A stretch of 64,000 nucleotides of DNA from Candidatus Spyradenecus sp. (GTDB taxonomy: Bacteria > Verrucomicrobiota > Verrucomicrobiia > Opitutales > UBA953): assembly GCA_045535075.1 (NCBI GenBank), contig JAZSKX010000001.1, positions 32,001 through 96,000 on the forward strand. Reading direction: 5' to 3'. The translations under genes and the position numbers were made by a program. Positions 48,991-58,156 of the stretch are shown piece after piece. Under the pieces are notes generated by a model that worked only from the letters and a program-made list of their open reading frames with translations, was not told the origin of the DNA and did not search any database. Every line of letters starts with the position of its first letter. Position 1 is the stretch's first letter.

Positions 48991-50199
48991 ATGAACTTTG
49001 TATCCAAAATTTACTGTCGTGCTTTCCAGACGGCGTTTCGCTTGGCTCTGCCCGTTTTGCCGTATCGGGAGCCGCAAATCGTCAATTCCTGTGCCGGGCT
49101 CAAAAGCGTTTTCGAAAAAGAATACGTGAAATCGGTGCTCGTCGTTACGGACAAGGGTATTGTGGCAAACGGTTTGCTGGCGCCGCTCGAAAAAGTTCTG
49201 TCGGAAAGCGGCGTAAAATTTACCGTTTACGCGGGAACGCAACCGAACCCGACGGTTGAAAATGTGGAAACGGCGCTTGAGTTGTATCGCGGGAACGCCT
49301 GCGATTGCCTGATCGCCGTCGGCGGCGGGTCTTCCATGGACTGCGCGAAAGCCGTCGGCGCGCGCGTCGCTTATCCGAAGAAAACTATCGGGCAAATGAA
49401 AGGCGTTTTGCGTATCCTGCGCCGTTTGCCGACGCTGATCGTAGTGCCGACAACGGCGGGAACGGGGAGCGAAGTTACGCTCGCTGCGATTATTACCGAT
49501 AGCGAAAAACAGCACAAATACGCGTTGATGAGCTTTCCGCTCATTCCGCATTACGCCGTGTTGGACGCTTCGCTGACGTATTCTTTGCCGCCGCATCTGA
49601 CTGCGACAACCGGCATGGACGCACTCACGCACGCAGTCGAAGCCTACATCGGGCGTTCCACTACAAAGGAAACCCGCCGCCTCGCGCTCGATGCCGTGAA
49701 ACTGGTTTTTAACAACATTGAGCTTGCCTGCGGGAACGGCAAAAATCATGCCGCAAGGGAAAATATGCTTCACGCCGCCTACAGAGCGGGCGTGGCTTTT
49801 TCAAAATCCTACGTCGGCTACATTCACGCGGTCGCGCATTCTCTGGGCGGGCAATACGGCACACCTCACGGACTCGCGAACGCCGTTATTATGCCTTACG
49901 TTTTGGAAGCGTACGGAAAATCCGTATATAAAAAACTACATACACTCGGCGTCGTCGCCGGCGTGTGCGACGGGAACGACACCGACAAGATCGGTGCCGA
50001 AAAATTTATCGCGGCAATCAAAGCATTAAACAAAAAAATCGGGATCCCCGCCAAGCTCGCGGGAATTCGCCGGGAAGACATTCCCGTCATGGCGAAACAC
50101 GCCGCGAAGGAGGCGAACCCGCTTTATCCCGTTCCGAAACTGATGACGCAAAACGAACTTGCCGAATTTTACGCGCAGTGCGCAGATTGGAGTAATTAA
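48991..50199 (+). CDS. Iron-containing alcohol dehydrogenase
   Basis: VGGGSSMDCAK, PTTAGTGSE, GMDALTHAVEAY, HAVAH, HGLANA. Confidence 0.95.
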   Translation: MNFVSKIYCRAFQTAFRLALPVLPYREPQIVNSCAGLKSVFEKEYVKSVLVVTDKGIVANGLLAPLEKVLSESGVKFTVYAGTQPNPTVENVETALELYRGNACDCLIAVGGGSSMDCAKAVGARVAYPKKTIGQMKGVLRILRRLPTLIVVPTTAGTGSEVTLAAIITDSEKQHKYALMSFPLIPHYAVLDASLTYSLPPHLTATTGMDALTHAVEAYIGRSTTKETRRLALDAVKLVFNNIELACGNGKNHAARENMLHAAYRAGVAFSKSYVGYIHAVAHSLGGQYGTPHGLANAVIMPYVLEAYGKSVYKKLHTLGVVAGVCDGNDTDKIGAEKFIAAIKALNKKIGIPAKLAGIRREDIPVMAKHAAKEANPLYPVPKLMTQNELAEFYAQCADWSN

Positions 50200-50200
50200 A

Positions 50201-51583
50201 ATGACTGAAGAACAAATCCGTAGTTTACTTGAAAAACAGCGAAACTTTTTCAAAAGCGGGACAAGCGTTCCCGTGGCGTTTCGCATAGAGCAGCTCAAAA
50301 AACTCTACGCCGCCGTAAAAAAATACGAAGCCGAAATTTGCGCCGCGCTGACTGCCGACCTCGGGAAAAGCGCTTACGAAGGCTTCATGTGTGAAGTCGG
50401 CTTAGTGCTTTCCGAAATTTCGTATATGCTCCGGCATGTTAAACGCTTCGCGAAAAAAACGCCGGTGCGCACGCCGCTCGCGCAGTTTGCTTCCCGTAGC
50501 TTCAAGCAGCCTGTGCCTTACGGGAACGTGCTGATTATGAGTCCGTGGAATTACCCGTTTCTTCTGACGTTGGGACCGCTCGTCGATGCAATCGCCGCCG
50601 GGAACACTGCGATTGTAAAGCCCGGCGCCTATTCTGCGGCAACGTGCAGAATCATCGAAAAACTCGTCACGGAAACGTTTCCGCCCGAATACGTTGCCGT
50701 TGTTACCGGCGGTAGAGCCGAAAACGCCGCACTCCTTGAGCAGAAATTCGATTTTGTTTTCTTCACGGGAAGCCAAGCCGTCGGCAAAGAAGTTTTGCGT
50801 CGCACTGCGGAGCATTTGACTCCCGCTGTTTTGGAGCTCGGAGGGAAAAGCCCCTGCATTGTTGACGCGACGGCAAATATCAAACTCGCGGCAAAACGCA
50901 TCGTTTTCGGCAAATATCTCAACTGCGGGCAAACCTGCGTCGCGCCCGACTACATTCTTTGCGAGCGTTCCGTGAAAGACGCGTTCGTCTCGGCGGTTGT
51001 CGAGGAAATCAAAACGCAATACGGCGAAAACCCGCTTGAGAACAAAGATTACGGCAAAATCATCAATCGCAGGCACTTCGACAGGCTCGTCGGCTTAATC
51101 GACAAAGAAAAAGTCATCGCCGGCGGGAACGCCGATCCCGCAACTTGCCGCATTGCGCCGACGGTGATGGACAACGTGACGGAAGCCGACGCCGTCATGG
51201 GCGAAGAAATTTTCGGCCCGATTATGCCCGTGTTGAGCTTTGAGAATTTCGACGCGCTTGTCGACGGGCTGAAAAACAAGGACAAGCCGCTCGCGCTGTA
51301 TATTTTTTCAAACGACAAAAAGCGCATCGATCGCGTGTTGACGGAGCTGAGCTACGGCGGCGGTTGCATCAACGACGTCGTCATTCATCTCGCGACGAGC
51401 GAAATGGGCTTCGGCGGTGTCGGCGAAAGCGGCATGGGCGCTTATCACGGAAAAACCGGCTTTGATGCGTTTACGCACTACAAATCCGTCGTGGATAAAA
51501 AAACGTGGCTCGACCTGCCGATGCGCTATCAGCCTTACAAAAGCAAGCTCTACGAAAAGCTTTTGCATTTTTTCCTGAAATAA
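50201..51583 (+). CDS. Aldehyde dehydrogenase (ALDH3-like)
   Basis: PWNYP, FTGS, LELGGKSP, NCGQTCVAPDY, EEIFGP. Confidence 0.95.
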   Translation: MTEEQIRSLLEKQRNFFKSGTSVPVAFRIEQLKKLYAAVKKYEAEICAALTADLGKSAYEGFMCEVGLVLSEISYMLRHVKRFAKKTPVRTPLAQFASRSFKQPVPYGNVLIMSPWNYPFLLTLGPLVDAIAAGNTAIVKPGAYSAATCRIIEKLVTETFPPEYVAVVTGGRAENAALLEQKFDFVFFTGSQAVGKEVLRRTAEHLTPAVLELGGKSPCIVDATANIKLAAKRIVFGKYLNCGQTCVAPDYILCERSVKDAFVSAVVEEIKTQYGENPLENKDYGKIINRRHFDRLVGLIDKEKVIAGGNADPATCRIAPTVMDNVTEADAVMGEEIFGPIMPVLSFENFDALVDGLKNKDKPLALYIFSNDKKRIDRVLTELSYGGGCINDVVIHLATSEMGFGGVGESGMGAYHGKTGFDAFTHYKSVVDKKTWLDLPMRYQPYKSKLYEKLLHFFLK

Positions 51584-51670
51584 CTTCCGCGCCTTGGAAG
51601 AACAGGCGTCCCGCCTGTCGGCAACAGGCACGATTTTTTTGAAAAACATCGTGCCCGGTCGCTCCGCGTC

Positions 51671-51694
51671 CGTTCCCGTGCGGGAACGTTTTTT
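51671..51694 (+). terminator. Short hairpin from an inverted CGGGAAC pair
   Basis: CGTTCCCG-TG-CGGGAACG-TTTTTT downstream of the ALDH gene. Confidence 0.65.
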
Positions 51695-51818
51695 AGAAAG
51701 TCAAGCTTTGTAATATAAATATTTTTTTAAGATAGAGTTCTTGATTCTTGCGGGGAAAGAGAGTGTCTTTATATCTGAAGCCGGAGGGCAATTCCTTCGG
51801 TTTCGGATTTATTTCAGC

Positions 51819-53045
51819 ATGAAAACAGACGTTTCACGAAACCGTTTTTTCCCGTTCCTACGCCGAGTCGGATGTGTTGCCGTCTTGTCGGGTATGGCGT
51901 TTTTTCTTTCGGATTCTGCTTTTGCAAGTCCGCAAGATGATTTTTGCGAACTTCAATTACGAGTGAAAAGGAAAGGTGCGGATCCGGCGGAAATGCGGCG
52001 ATTTGCGGATTGCCTTATGAACGGAATCGGAACGGAAAAGAATCCGAATCGCGCGATGACATGGTACGGGAACGCGGCTGATTTCGGCGATGCGGGAGCG
52101 CTTGAGGCGTTGCGGAAGCTTTCCCGTTCCCGCATCAAAGTTCCTTTGCCTAAGCCGCTCGTTCCGCCCGAAAAGAAGTTCTCAAAGGAAGAGGAACGGC
52201 GCGCGACAATTAAGTTGCTGAAGCATTTGCTCGAGACTCATAAAAAACATATGTTACGCGGCGACATTTTTACGAAGAGACGCTATGTTCGTCCTTCGAT
52301 TCCGCTCGTCCAGGAGTGCTTGCGTGCCGGCGCTAATCCGCATTTGTTCATTCCGCGTGAGGAATTGGATGGAGGCGGAACGGCGACGGAGGAAGTATTT
52401 TCGTTCGTTTTGACCTATTGCGATTTTGAGCTGCTGAAATTGCTTGTTGCTAATGGGGCTGATTGTAATTTGCGCTGGAGAAAATATCTTGAACGTGCCG
52501 TGCGCGAGTTGAACACCAATTACAAGTTCATGGAAGCCGATAAAAGGTCCAAGGAAAAACCCAAGACGGCAGAGGAGGCGAAGCTCGAACGCGCATCACA
52601 AAAACGCCACCAGGAGACTTATCAGATGGCATATAGGCGTCTTGAGAATATGCTCAAGCTTGGCGCGAATCCGCTGTTGCTTGACGGAAGCGGGAAAACG
52701 ACGATGGGAAAAGCGTGGAGCCCGCCAGCAGTTCGATTGTTGATGAAGTATGGTGGAGATATTAATCAGCCCAACAATCCCGATGATAATTGTTCCGGCG
52801 ATTCCGGGTGGGGCGATCCGGGGCGGTCGAGTCCGATTTTTGATGCTATTCTTTACAACGAATATTACGGCGTGAAGGCGATGATTGATGCGGGAGCGGA
52901 TCTTCATTTTGTGAACGCCGACGGGAAGACTCCTCTAGATGTTGCAGAGGAAAATGCCCGCGAGCGTTCCGGTAATTTTAAAATTATCGCAGATGAGATT
53001 GTAAAACTCATTAAAGCGACACAGGGGAGAAGAGGGCGCTCTTAG
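51819..53045 (+). CDS. Exported Sel1-repeat plus ankyrin-repeat protein
   Basis: Signal-like N-terminus, NGIGTEKNPNRAMTWY (Sel1), LLVANGAD, LLMKYGGDIN, AGAD...DGKTPLD (ankyrin). Confidence 0.75.
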   Translation: MKTDVSRNRFFPFLRRVGCVAVLSGMAFFLSDSAFASPQDDFCELQLRVKRKGADPAEMRRFADCLMNGIGTEKNPNRAMTWYGNAADFGDAGALEALRKLSRSRIKVPLPKPLVPPEKKFSKEEERRATIKLLKHLLETHKKHMLRGDIFTKRRYVRPSIPLVQECLRAGANPHLFIPREELDGGGTATEEVFSFVLTYCDFELLKLLVANGADCNLRWRKYLERAVRELNTNYKFMEADKRSKEKPKTAEEAKLERASQKRHQETYQMAYRRLENMLKLGANPLLLDGSGKTTMGKAWSPPAVRLLMKYGGDINQPNNPDDNCSGDSGWGDPGRSSPIFDAILYNEYYGVKAMIDAGADLHFVNADGKTPLDVAEENARERSGNFKIIADEIVKLIKATQGRRGRS

Positions 53046-53084
53046 TAATTTTGTTCGAGAGATCGAACAGCTGACAAAACCCAC

Positions 53085-53165
53085 AAAGCGCCGCAGTCGT
53101 CGGATTGCGGCGCTTCTCTTGTGCTCAAAAAAAGAGAACGGAGTAAATCTCGCTCTCTTTTTTTC
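53085..53165. terminator. Two hairpins between convergent genes
   Basis: AAGCGCCGCAGTC/GATTGCGGCGCTT and AAAAAAGAGA...TCTCTTTTTT. Confidence 0.65.
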
Positions 53166-53173
53166 TTTTCGGG

Positions 53174-54790
53174 CTATTCTTCGACTTCGTCTTCGTCGTA
53201 AGCCGCAGATTGCTCTGCCATGACTTCGCAGGACGTCGGAATTAAATCATCCAAAGGCGGTTGTTCGAAGGGTTCGTCTTCCTCTGTAGGCGTGTCTTCC
53301 GTTTTCGCGGGAACGGCTTCCGGAGTTTTTTCCGTTGCCGGTGCAACTTTTTCGCCTTCGGGAACGGATTGTTCGGTCCAACCGCCTCCGAGGGCTTTGT
53401 AGAGCGAAATCATCGAAGCGATCTTCGCAAAGCGCGTTTGAACAAGCGTTTGCTCGGCAGCGAACAAATCGTTTTGCGCAAGCAGAACGTCCGTGTAGCT
53501 AAGCACGCCTTCGCCGCCGCGATAATTCGCGGAAGTCAGCTTGTAGCGGCGCAGTTGCGCGTTGAGCGCGGCTTCGCTTGCAGCGATGCGCTTGTCGATG
53601 GATTCCTGCACGACGAGTTCGTCCGCCACTTCGCGGAACGCCGTCTGGATTGCTTTTTCGTAGTTGGCGATTTCAATTTCTTTTTGAAGTTCGGCAACAT
53701 CGAGTTGCGCCTCGAGACGACCGTTAAAGTAATCGAAAATCGGCACGTTCACGCTCGGCACAAAGCTCCACGTGCGCGCGTCACCCGTGAATAAGTCGTC
53801 GAGCTCGACGGAGGCGACACCGCCCGTTGCCGTGAGCGAAATGCTCGGGAAGAACGCGGCGCGGGCAGCACCGATGTTGGCGTTGGCGGCGCGGAGCATG
53901 CGTTCGGCGGCGAGAACGTCCGGACGCAAAACGAGCGCGAACGACGGGATGCCTGCATCGAGCGGCTTGAGCAGATTTGCGGAAGCAATCGGAAGCGCGG
54001 GAACGCCGTCGAGTTTCGGGAGTGCGGTTCCGCCGACGAGGAGCGCGAGCGCGTTTTTCGCCTGTTTCTGCGTTTCGCGGAGTTGTTCCGTTGCAGAAAC
54101 CATCGCTTGGTATTGAGCTTCGGCGGAGGCGAGATCGATTTCGGTAATCACGCCTTTTTCGAAGCGGTCTTTCATAATGTTATACCAAACCTGCGTCGTA
54201 ACGAGGGATTTTTGCGAAAGCGAAAGGCGTTCGTTCGCGAGCTGGAGCGTGTAGTATTGAAGCGCGATTCCGGCGACGAGCGAGAGGCGCACGGCGCGTT
54301 CGTTTTCGGCGGCGGCGAGCCAGGTTTCAAAAACCTGATCCGTCATCGAGCGCACGCGTCCCCAAAGATCGACTTCGTAGGAAGCGGCGACGCCGAGTTG
54401 CCAGGTGTTGGACGTTACCGCCTTCCCGTAGGGCGAAAGATATTCATTCGTGCGGGAACGCGTGAACGAGCCGTTCCCGCCGACATTCGGAAGCAGTTCC
54501 GCCCACTGAATATCGTAGCGTGCGCGCACCTGTTCGACATTCAGAATGGCGACGCGCAAATCGCGATTGTTTTCGAGCCCGGTTTTGATGAGGGCTTTGA
54601 GGCGTTCGTCGGCGAAGAATTCCGACCAGCCGAGACGCGTGACGGCGGTTTCATCCGCAGTCGTTGCCGCGATCCCCGCGTAAGTATCGGCGACAATATT
54701 GTTCACGTCAGGACGCTCGTAATCGGGCGCCATTGTCGTGCACGCCGTTGCCACGACAAGAAACGGAAGAACGGAAAGATATTTGAACAT
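53174..54790 (-). CDS. RND efflux outer-membrane lipoprotein (OprM/NodT family)
   Basis: Lipobox ATAC, NNRDLR, RPDVLAAE, ANANIGAARAAFFPSISL, LYKALGGGW. Confidence 0.95.
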   Translation of the reverse strand: MFKYLSVLPFLVVATACTTMAPDYERPDVNNIVADTYAGIAATTADETAVTRLGWSEFFADERLKALIKTGLENNRDLRVAILNVEQVRARYDIQWAELLPNVGGNGSFTRSRTNEYLSPYGKAVTSNTWQLGVAASYEVDLWGRVRSMTDQVFETWLAAAENERAVRLSLVAGIALQYYTLQLANERLSLSQKSLVTTQVWYNIMKDRFEKGVITEIDLASAEAQYQAMVSATEQLRETQKQAKNALALLVGGTALPKLDGVPALPIASANLLKPLDAGIPSFALVLRPDVLAAERMLRAANANIGAARAAFFPSISLTATGGVASVELDDLFTGDARTWSFVPSVNVPIFDYFNGRLEAQLDVAELQKEIEIANYEKAIQTAFREVADELVVQESIDKRIAASEAALNAQLRRYKLTSANYRGGEGVLSYTDVLLAQNDLFAAEQTLVQTRFAKIASMISLYKALGGGWTEQSVPEGEKVAPATEKTPEAVPAKTEDTPTEEDEPFEQPPLDDLIPTSCEVMAEQSAAYDEDEVEE

Positions 54791-54809
54791 GATTTTTTCT
54801 TTTTTAAAG

Positions 54810-54928
54810 GATGGTTGAGAGCTTAAAGCTTAGAGCTTAGAGGTATTACCGGAAAAAGATTTTCAAAAAACTTTTCCCACTTGCGGGAACGCAATGACCT
54901 CTCATCTCTAAGCCCTCATCTCTCATCT
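54810..54928. repeat. Heptamer-array inverted-repeat element (family copy 3)
   Basis: GAGAGCTTAAAGCTTAGAGCTTAGAGGTA...ACCTCTCATCTCTAAGCCCTCATCTCTCATC. Confidence 0.75.
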
Positions 54929-54932
54929 TTCA

Positions 54933-57900
54933 TTAGTGCTTAACGACTGCGTTCGGTTTGCGTTCGGCGACGCGGAATACTTTACGGATGATGACGTAGA
55001 AGCACGGAATCAGGAAGACGCCGAGAATCGTGGAAGCCAACATCCCGCCGATAACGCCAACGCCGATTGAGTTCTGCGCGGCGGACGATGCACCCGAAGC
55101 GCGCGCCAGCGGCAACACGCCGAGAATGAACGCGAACGAAGTCATCAGAATCGGGCGCAGGCGGAGCTGAACCGCTTCCAAGGTCGCGTCATAAAGATTG
55201 CGTCCCTGTTCCTGCAAGTCTTTCGCAAATTCGATGATGAGAATCGCGTTTTTCGCGGAAAGCCCGATGATGACGAGGAAGCCGACCTTGAAGTAGACGT
55301 CATTGTAAAGCCCGCCGAGCATCGTTGCGCAAACAGATCCGAAAACGCCGACGGGAACGATGAGCAACACCGCGAACGGAATCGACCAGCTTTCATACAA
55401 CGCCGCCAAGCAGAGGAAGACGATGATGAGCGAGAGCGCATAAAGCGCGGGAGCCTGGCTGCCGGAAGTGCGTTCTTCGAGCGATTGCCCCGTCCACTCG
55501 CCGCCGACGCCGTTGATCCCGACGCTCGGCAGGTGCTTCAGAACGATTTCGTCGAATTCGTTCATCGCTTCCCCGGAAGAACGTCCCGGCTTCGGCTGAC
55601 CGACGATGTTGAGCGACGGGAAGCCGTTGTAACGCGTTAGCGCGGGAGCGCCCACAATCCATTCAAAGGAAACGATTTCCGAAAGCGGCATCATTTCTCC
55701 GGAATTTGTGCGGACAAACATTTTGGCAAGTTGTTCCGGCGACGATCGGTCTTGAGCGTCGAGCTGAACCATTACGCGCTGGACGCGGGAACCCTGCACA
55801 AAGTTGTTCACGTAAGAGGAACCGAAAGCGACCTGAATCGTGCTGTAAAGCGAGCTGATGTTAATGCCGTGCGCCTGCGCCTTTTCGAGGTCCACGTTCA
55901 TTTTGAGCATCGGACCGTCGTTCAAGCCTTGGAGGCGCACCCCCGTCATTGCCGTGTCCGGCGCGTTGGCTTTTTTGAAGACTTCGTTCATCGCGTTCAC
56001 GAGTGCTTCGTGCCCGATCCCGCCGCGGTCCTGCATTTGATATTCAAAGCCGGTGGCGTTCCCGAGTTCGGAAATCGCCGGCAAGTTGAACGAAAGCACC
56101 ATGCCTTCCGGATGTCCGGCAAAATGCCCGGAAATACGCGCCGCAATCGCTTCGGCTGAATGTTCTTCGCCTTTGCGCTCGCTCCAATCCTTGAGCTTAA
56201 GAAACGCAAGTCCGACGTTTTGCCCGCGGCCGTTGAACGAAAAACCTTGGACGGCGAACATCGCATCGACTTCCGGTTGCGCAAGCGCGTAGTTTTCAAA
56301 TTCTTCAATAACCTTGAGCGTGCGTTCCTGCGAGGCCGTCTGCGGGAGCTGGATAAGCGCCATAATGTTTCCTTGGTCTTCGTCCGGCAAGAACGCGGTC
56401 GGCAGGCGCAAGTAGAGCCAACCGAAGCCGACTCCGATGGCGACGAAAGAAACGATCCCGATGATGCTGTGCTTAATCATGCGGGCGACGATGCCTTTGT
56501 AGCCTTTCGTCATGCGGTCAAAATTGCGGTTGAACCAACCGGCGATCCCGCGATGCTTGCCCGATTCGTTGTGCTTGAGCATTGTCGCGCAAAGTGCCGG
56601 AGTCAGCGTCAGCGCGAGGAAGAGCGAAAACACCATCGAGGAAATGAGCGTGAGCGAGAACTGGCGGTAAATAACGCCGACAGAACCCGAGAAGAACGCC
56701 ATCGGAATAAACACCGCCGTCAAAACGAGCGTAATCCCGACGAGTGCTCCGGAAATCTGATCCATCGCCTTGCGCGTCGCTTCGCGCGGCGGCAAACCTT
56801 CTTCGGTCATGATACGCTCGACGTTTTCGATGACGACAATCGCGTCGTCAACGAGAATACCGATGGCGAGCACCATCGCAAACATCGTCAAGATGTTGAT
56901 GGAATAGCCCATCGCGAAAAGCGCCGCGCAGGTTCCGAGCAACGCAATCGGCACGACGATGGTCGGAATAAACGTCGCGCGGAAGTTTTGCAGGAAGACG
57001 AGCATGACGATGAAGACGAGCACGATCGCTTCCACGAGCGTTTTAATAACTTCGTGAATCGAAATGCGAACAAAGAGCGTCGTATCATACGGGAACGCGT
57101 AGTTCAGCCCTTCCGGGAAGTATTTCGAAAGTTCTTCGATTTTCGCTTTAACGGCGTTGGCGACTTCGAGCGCGTTCGCTCCGGTCGCGAGCTTGCAACC
57201 CAAGCCCACACACATTTTCCCGTTGTAGTGGGATTCGAACATGTAACTTTGCTCGGCGAGTTCGATGCGGGCGACGTCGCGCAGATAAACGCGGGAACCG
57301 TCTTCGAGCGTGCGCAGGAAGATCGCGCCGAATTCGTCCGGCGTTTCGAGCGTTCCCGGACCCTGAATCGTGATGCCGAGCTGCGCGCCGGGCACGGCGG
57401 GCGAGCCGTTGACTTCGCCGACGGGAACCTGAATGTTTTGCGCTTGGAGTGCGGCGACGACGTCCGTCGAAGTCAAGCCGTAGGAGTTGAGCTTGTTGGC
57501 GTCGAGCCAAATGCGCATCGCGTTTTCCGCGCCGAAAAAGTCCACCTGCCCGATCCCGTTCACGCGCTGAACCTGGTCGAGAACGTTGGAGGCGATGTAG
57601 TTCCCGATTTCCGCTTTCGGAATCGTGCCGTCTTCGGAATAAAACGCGGCGACGAGGAACATGTTGCGAGCCGCCTTTTTGACGGTAACGCCCGTGCGTT
57701 GAACTTCGGACGGGAGCTGCGGCGTGGCGAGCGAAACTTTGTTCTGAACTTGAACCTGCGCCGTATCGTCGTCCGTTCCCGGGTTGAAGTAAACCGTGAT
57801 TTCCGCGTTCCCGGTCGAGTCCGACGAAGACGTCATGTAGAGCAAATTGTCGATCCCGTTAAGCTGTTGCTCGATAACGGCGGTAACGGTTTTCTGCGTT

Positions 57901-58067
57901 GTTTCCGCAGACGCTCCCGCGTAGGAAGCCTGCACGGAAATGGACGGCGGCGCAATGGTCGGGTATTGCGCAATCGGCAGGAACTTAATCGCGATGATAC
58001 CGAACAGGATGATCATCAGCGAAAGCACCCACGCAAAAACCGGGCGGTCGATGAAGAATTTTGCCAT
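54933..58067 (-). CDS. RND efflux permease (AcrB/MexB family)
   Basis: FFIDRPVFAW, LPIAQYP, GILVDDAIVVIENVER, LAALYESW, AKNAILI, RLRPILMTS. Confidence 0.97.
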   Translation of the reverse strand: MAKFFIDRPVFAWVLSLMIILFGIIAIKFLPIAQYPTIAPPSISVQASYAGASAETTQKTVTAVIEQQLNGIDNLLYMTSSSDSTGNAEITVYFNPGTDDDTAQVQVQNKVSLATPQLPSEVQRTGVTVKKAARNMFLVAAFYSEDGTIPKAEIGNYIASNVLDQVQRVNGIGQVDFFGAENAMRIWLDANKLNSYGLTSTDVVAALQAQNIQVPVGEVNGSPAVPGAQLGITIQGPGTLETPDEFGAIFLRTLEDGSRVYLRDVARIELAEQSYMFESHYNGKMCVGLGCKLATGANALEVANAVKAKIEELSKYFPEGLNYAFPYDTTLFVRISIHEVIKTLVEAIVLVFIVMLVFLQNFRATFIPTIVVPIALLGTCAALFAMGYSINILTMFAMVLAIGILVDDAIVVIENVERIMTEEGLPPREATRKAMDQISGALVGITLVLTAVFIPMAFFSGSVGVIYRQFSLTLISSMVFSLFLALTLTPALCATMLKHNESGKHRGIAGWFNRNFDRMTKGYKGIVARMIKHSIIGIVSFVAIGVGFGWLYLRLPTAFLPDEDQGNIMALIQLPQTASQERTLKVIEEFENYALAQPEVDAMFAVQGFSFNGRGQNVGLAFLKLKDWSERKGEEHSAEAIAARISGHFAGHPEGMVLSFNLPAISELGNATGFEYQMQDRGGIGHEALVNAMNEVFKKANAPDTAMTGVRLQGLNDGPMLKMNVDLEKAQAHGINISSLYSTIQVAFGSSYVNNFVQGSRVQRVMVQLDAQDRSSPEQLAKMFVRTNSGEMMPLSEIVSFEWIVGAPALTRYNGFPSLNIVGQPKPGRSSGEAMNEFDEIVLKHLPSVGINGVGGEWTGQSLEERTSGSQAPALYALSLIIVFLCLAALYESWSIPFAVLLIVPVGVFGSVCATMLGGLYNDVYFKVGFLVIIGLSAKNAILIIEFAKDLQEQGRNLYDATLEAVQLRLRPILMTSFAFILGVLPLARASGASSAAQNSIGVGVIGGMLASTILGVFLIPCFYVIIRKVFRVAERKPNAVVKH

Positions 58068-58112
58068 GTAAATTCCTTGTTTCTTTTAAATTTTTGTGGA
58101 GGAAAATTTTCT

Positions 58113-58147
58113 GCGGGAACGTAATGTTTTTTCAGATACGTTCCCGC
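58113..58147. repeat. Intra-operon hairpin from an inverted CGGGAAC pair (opposite orientation to the terminators)
   Basis: GCGGGAACGTA...TACGTTCCCGC with no flanking T tract. Confidence 0.7.
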
Positions 58148-58156
58148 GAGCACTCT

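Noticed and set aside
48991..51583. ADH-ALDH pair as microcompartment enzymes partnering the aldolase
   Set aside because: The ALDH is ALDH3-like rather than the acylating PduP/EutE type, and neither gene shows an encapsulation peptide.
56160..58124. 654-aa plus-strand ORF (likewise 1483-2724, 30153-31334, 40983-42245)
   Set aside because: Antisense shadows of well-supported genes.
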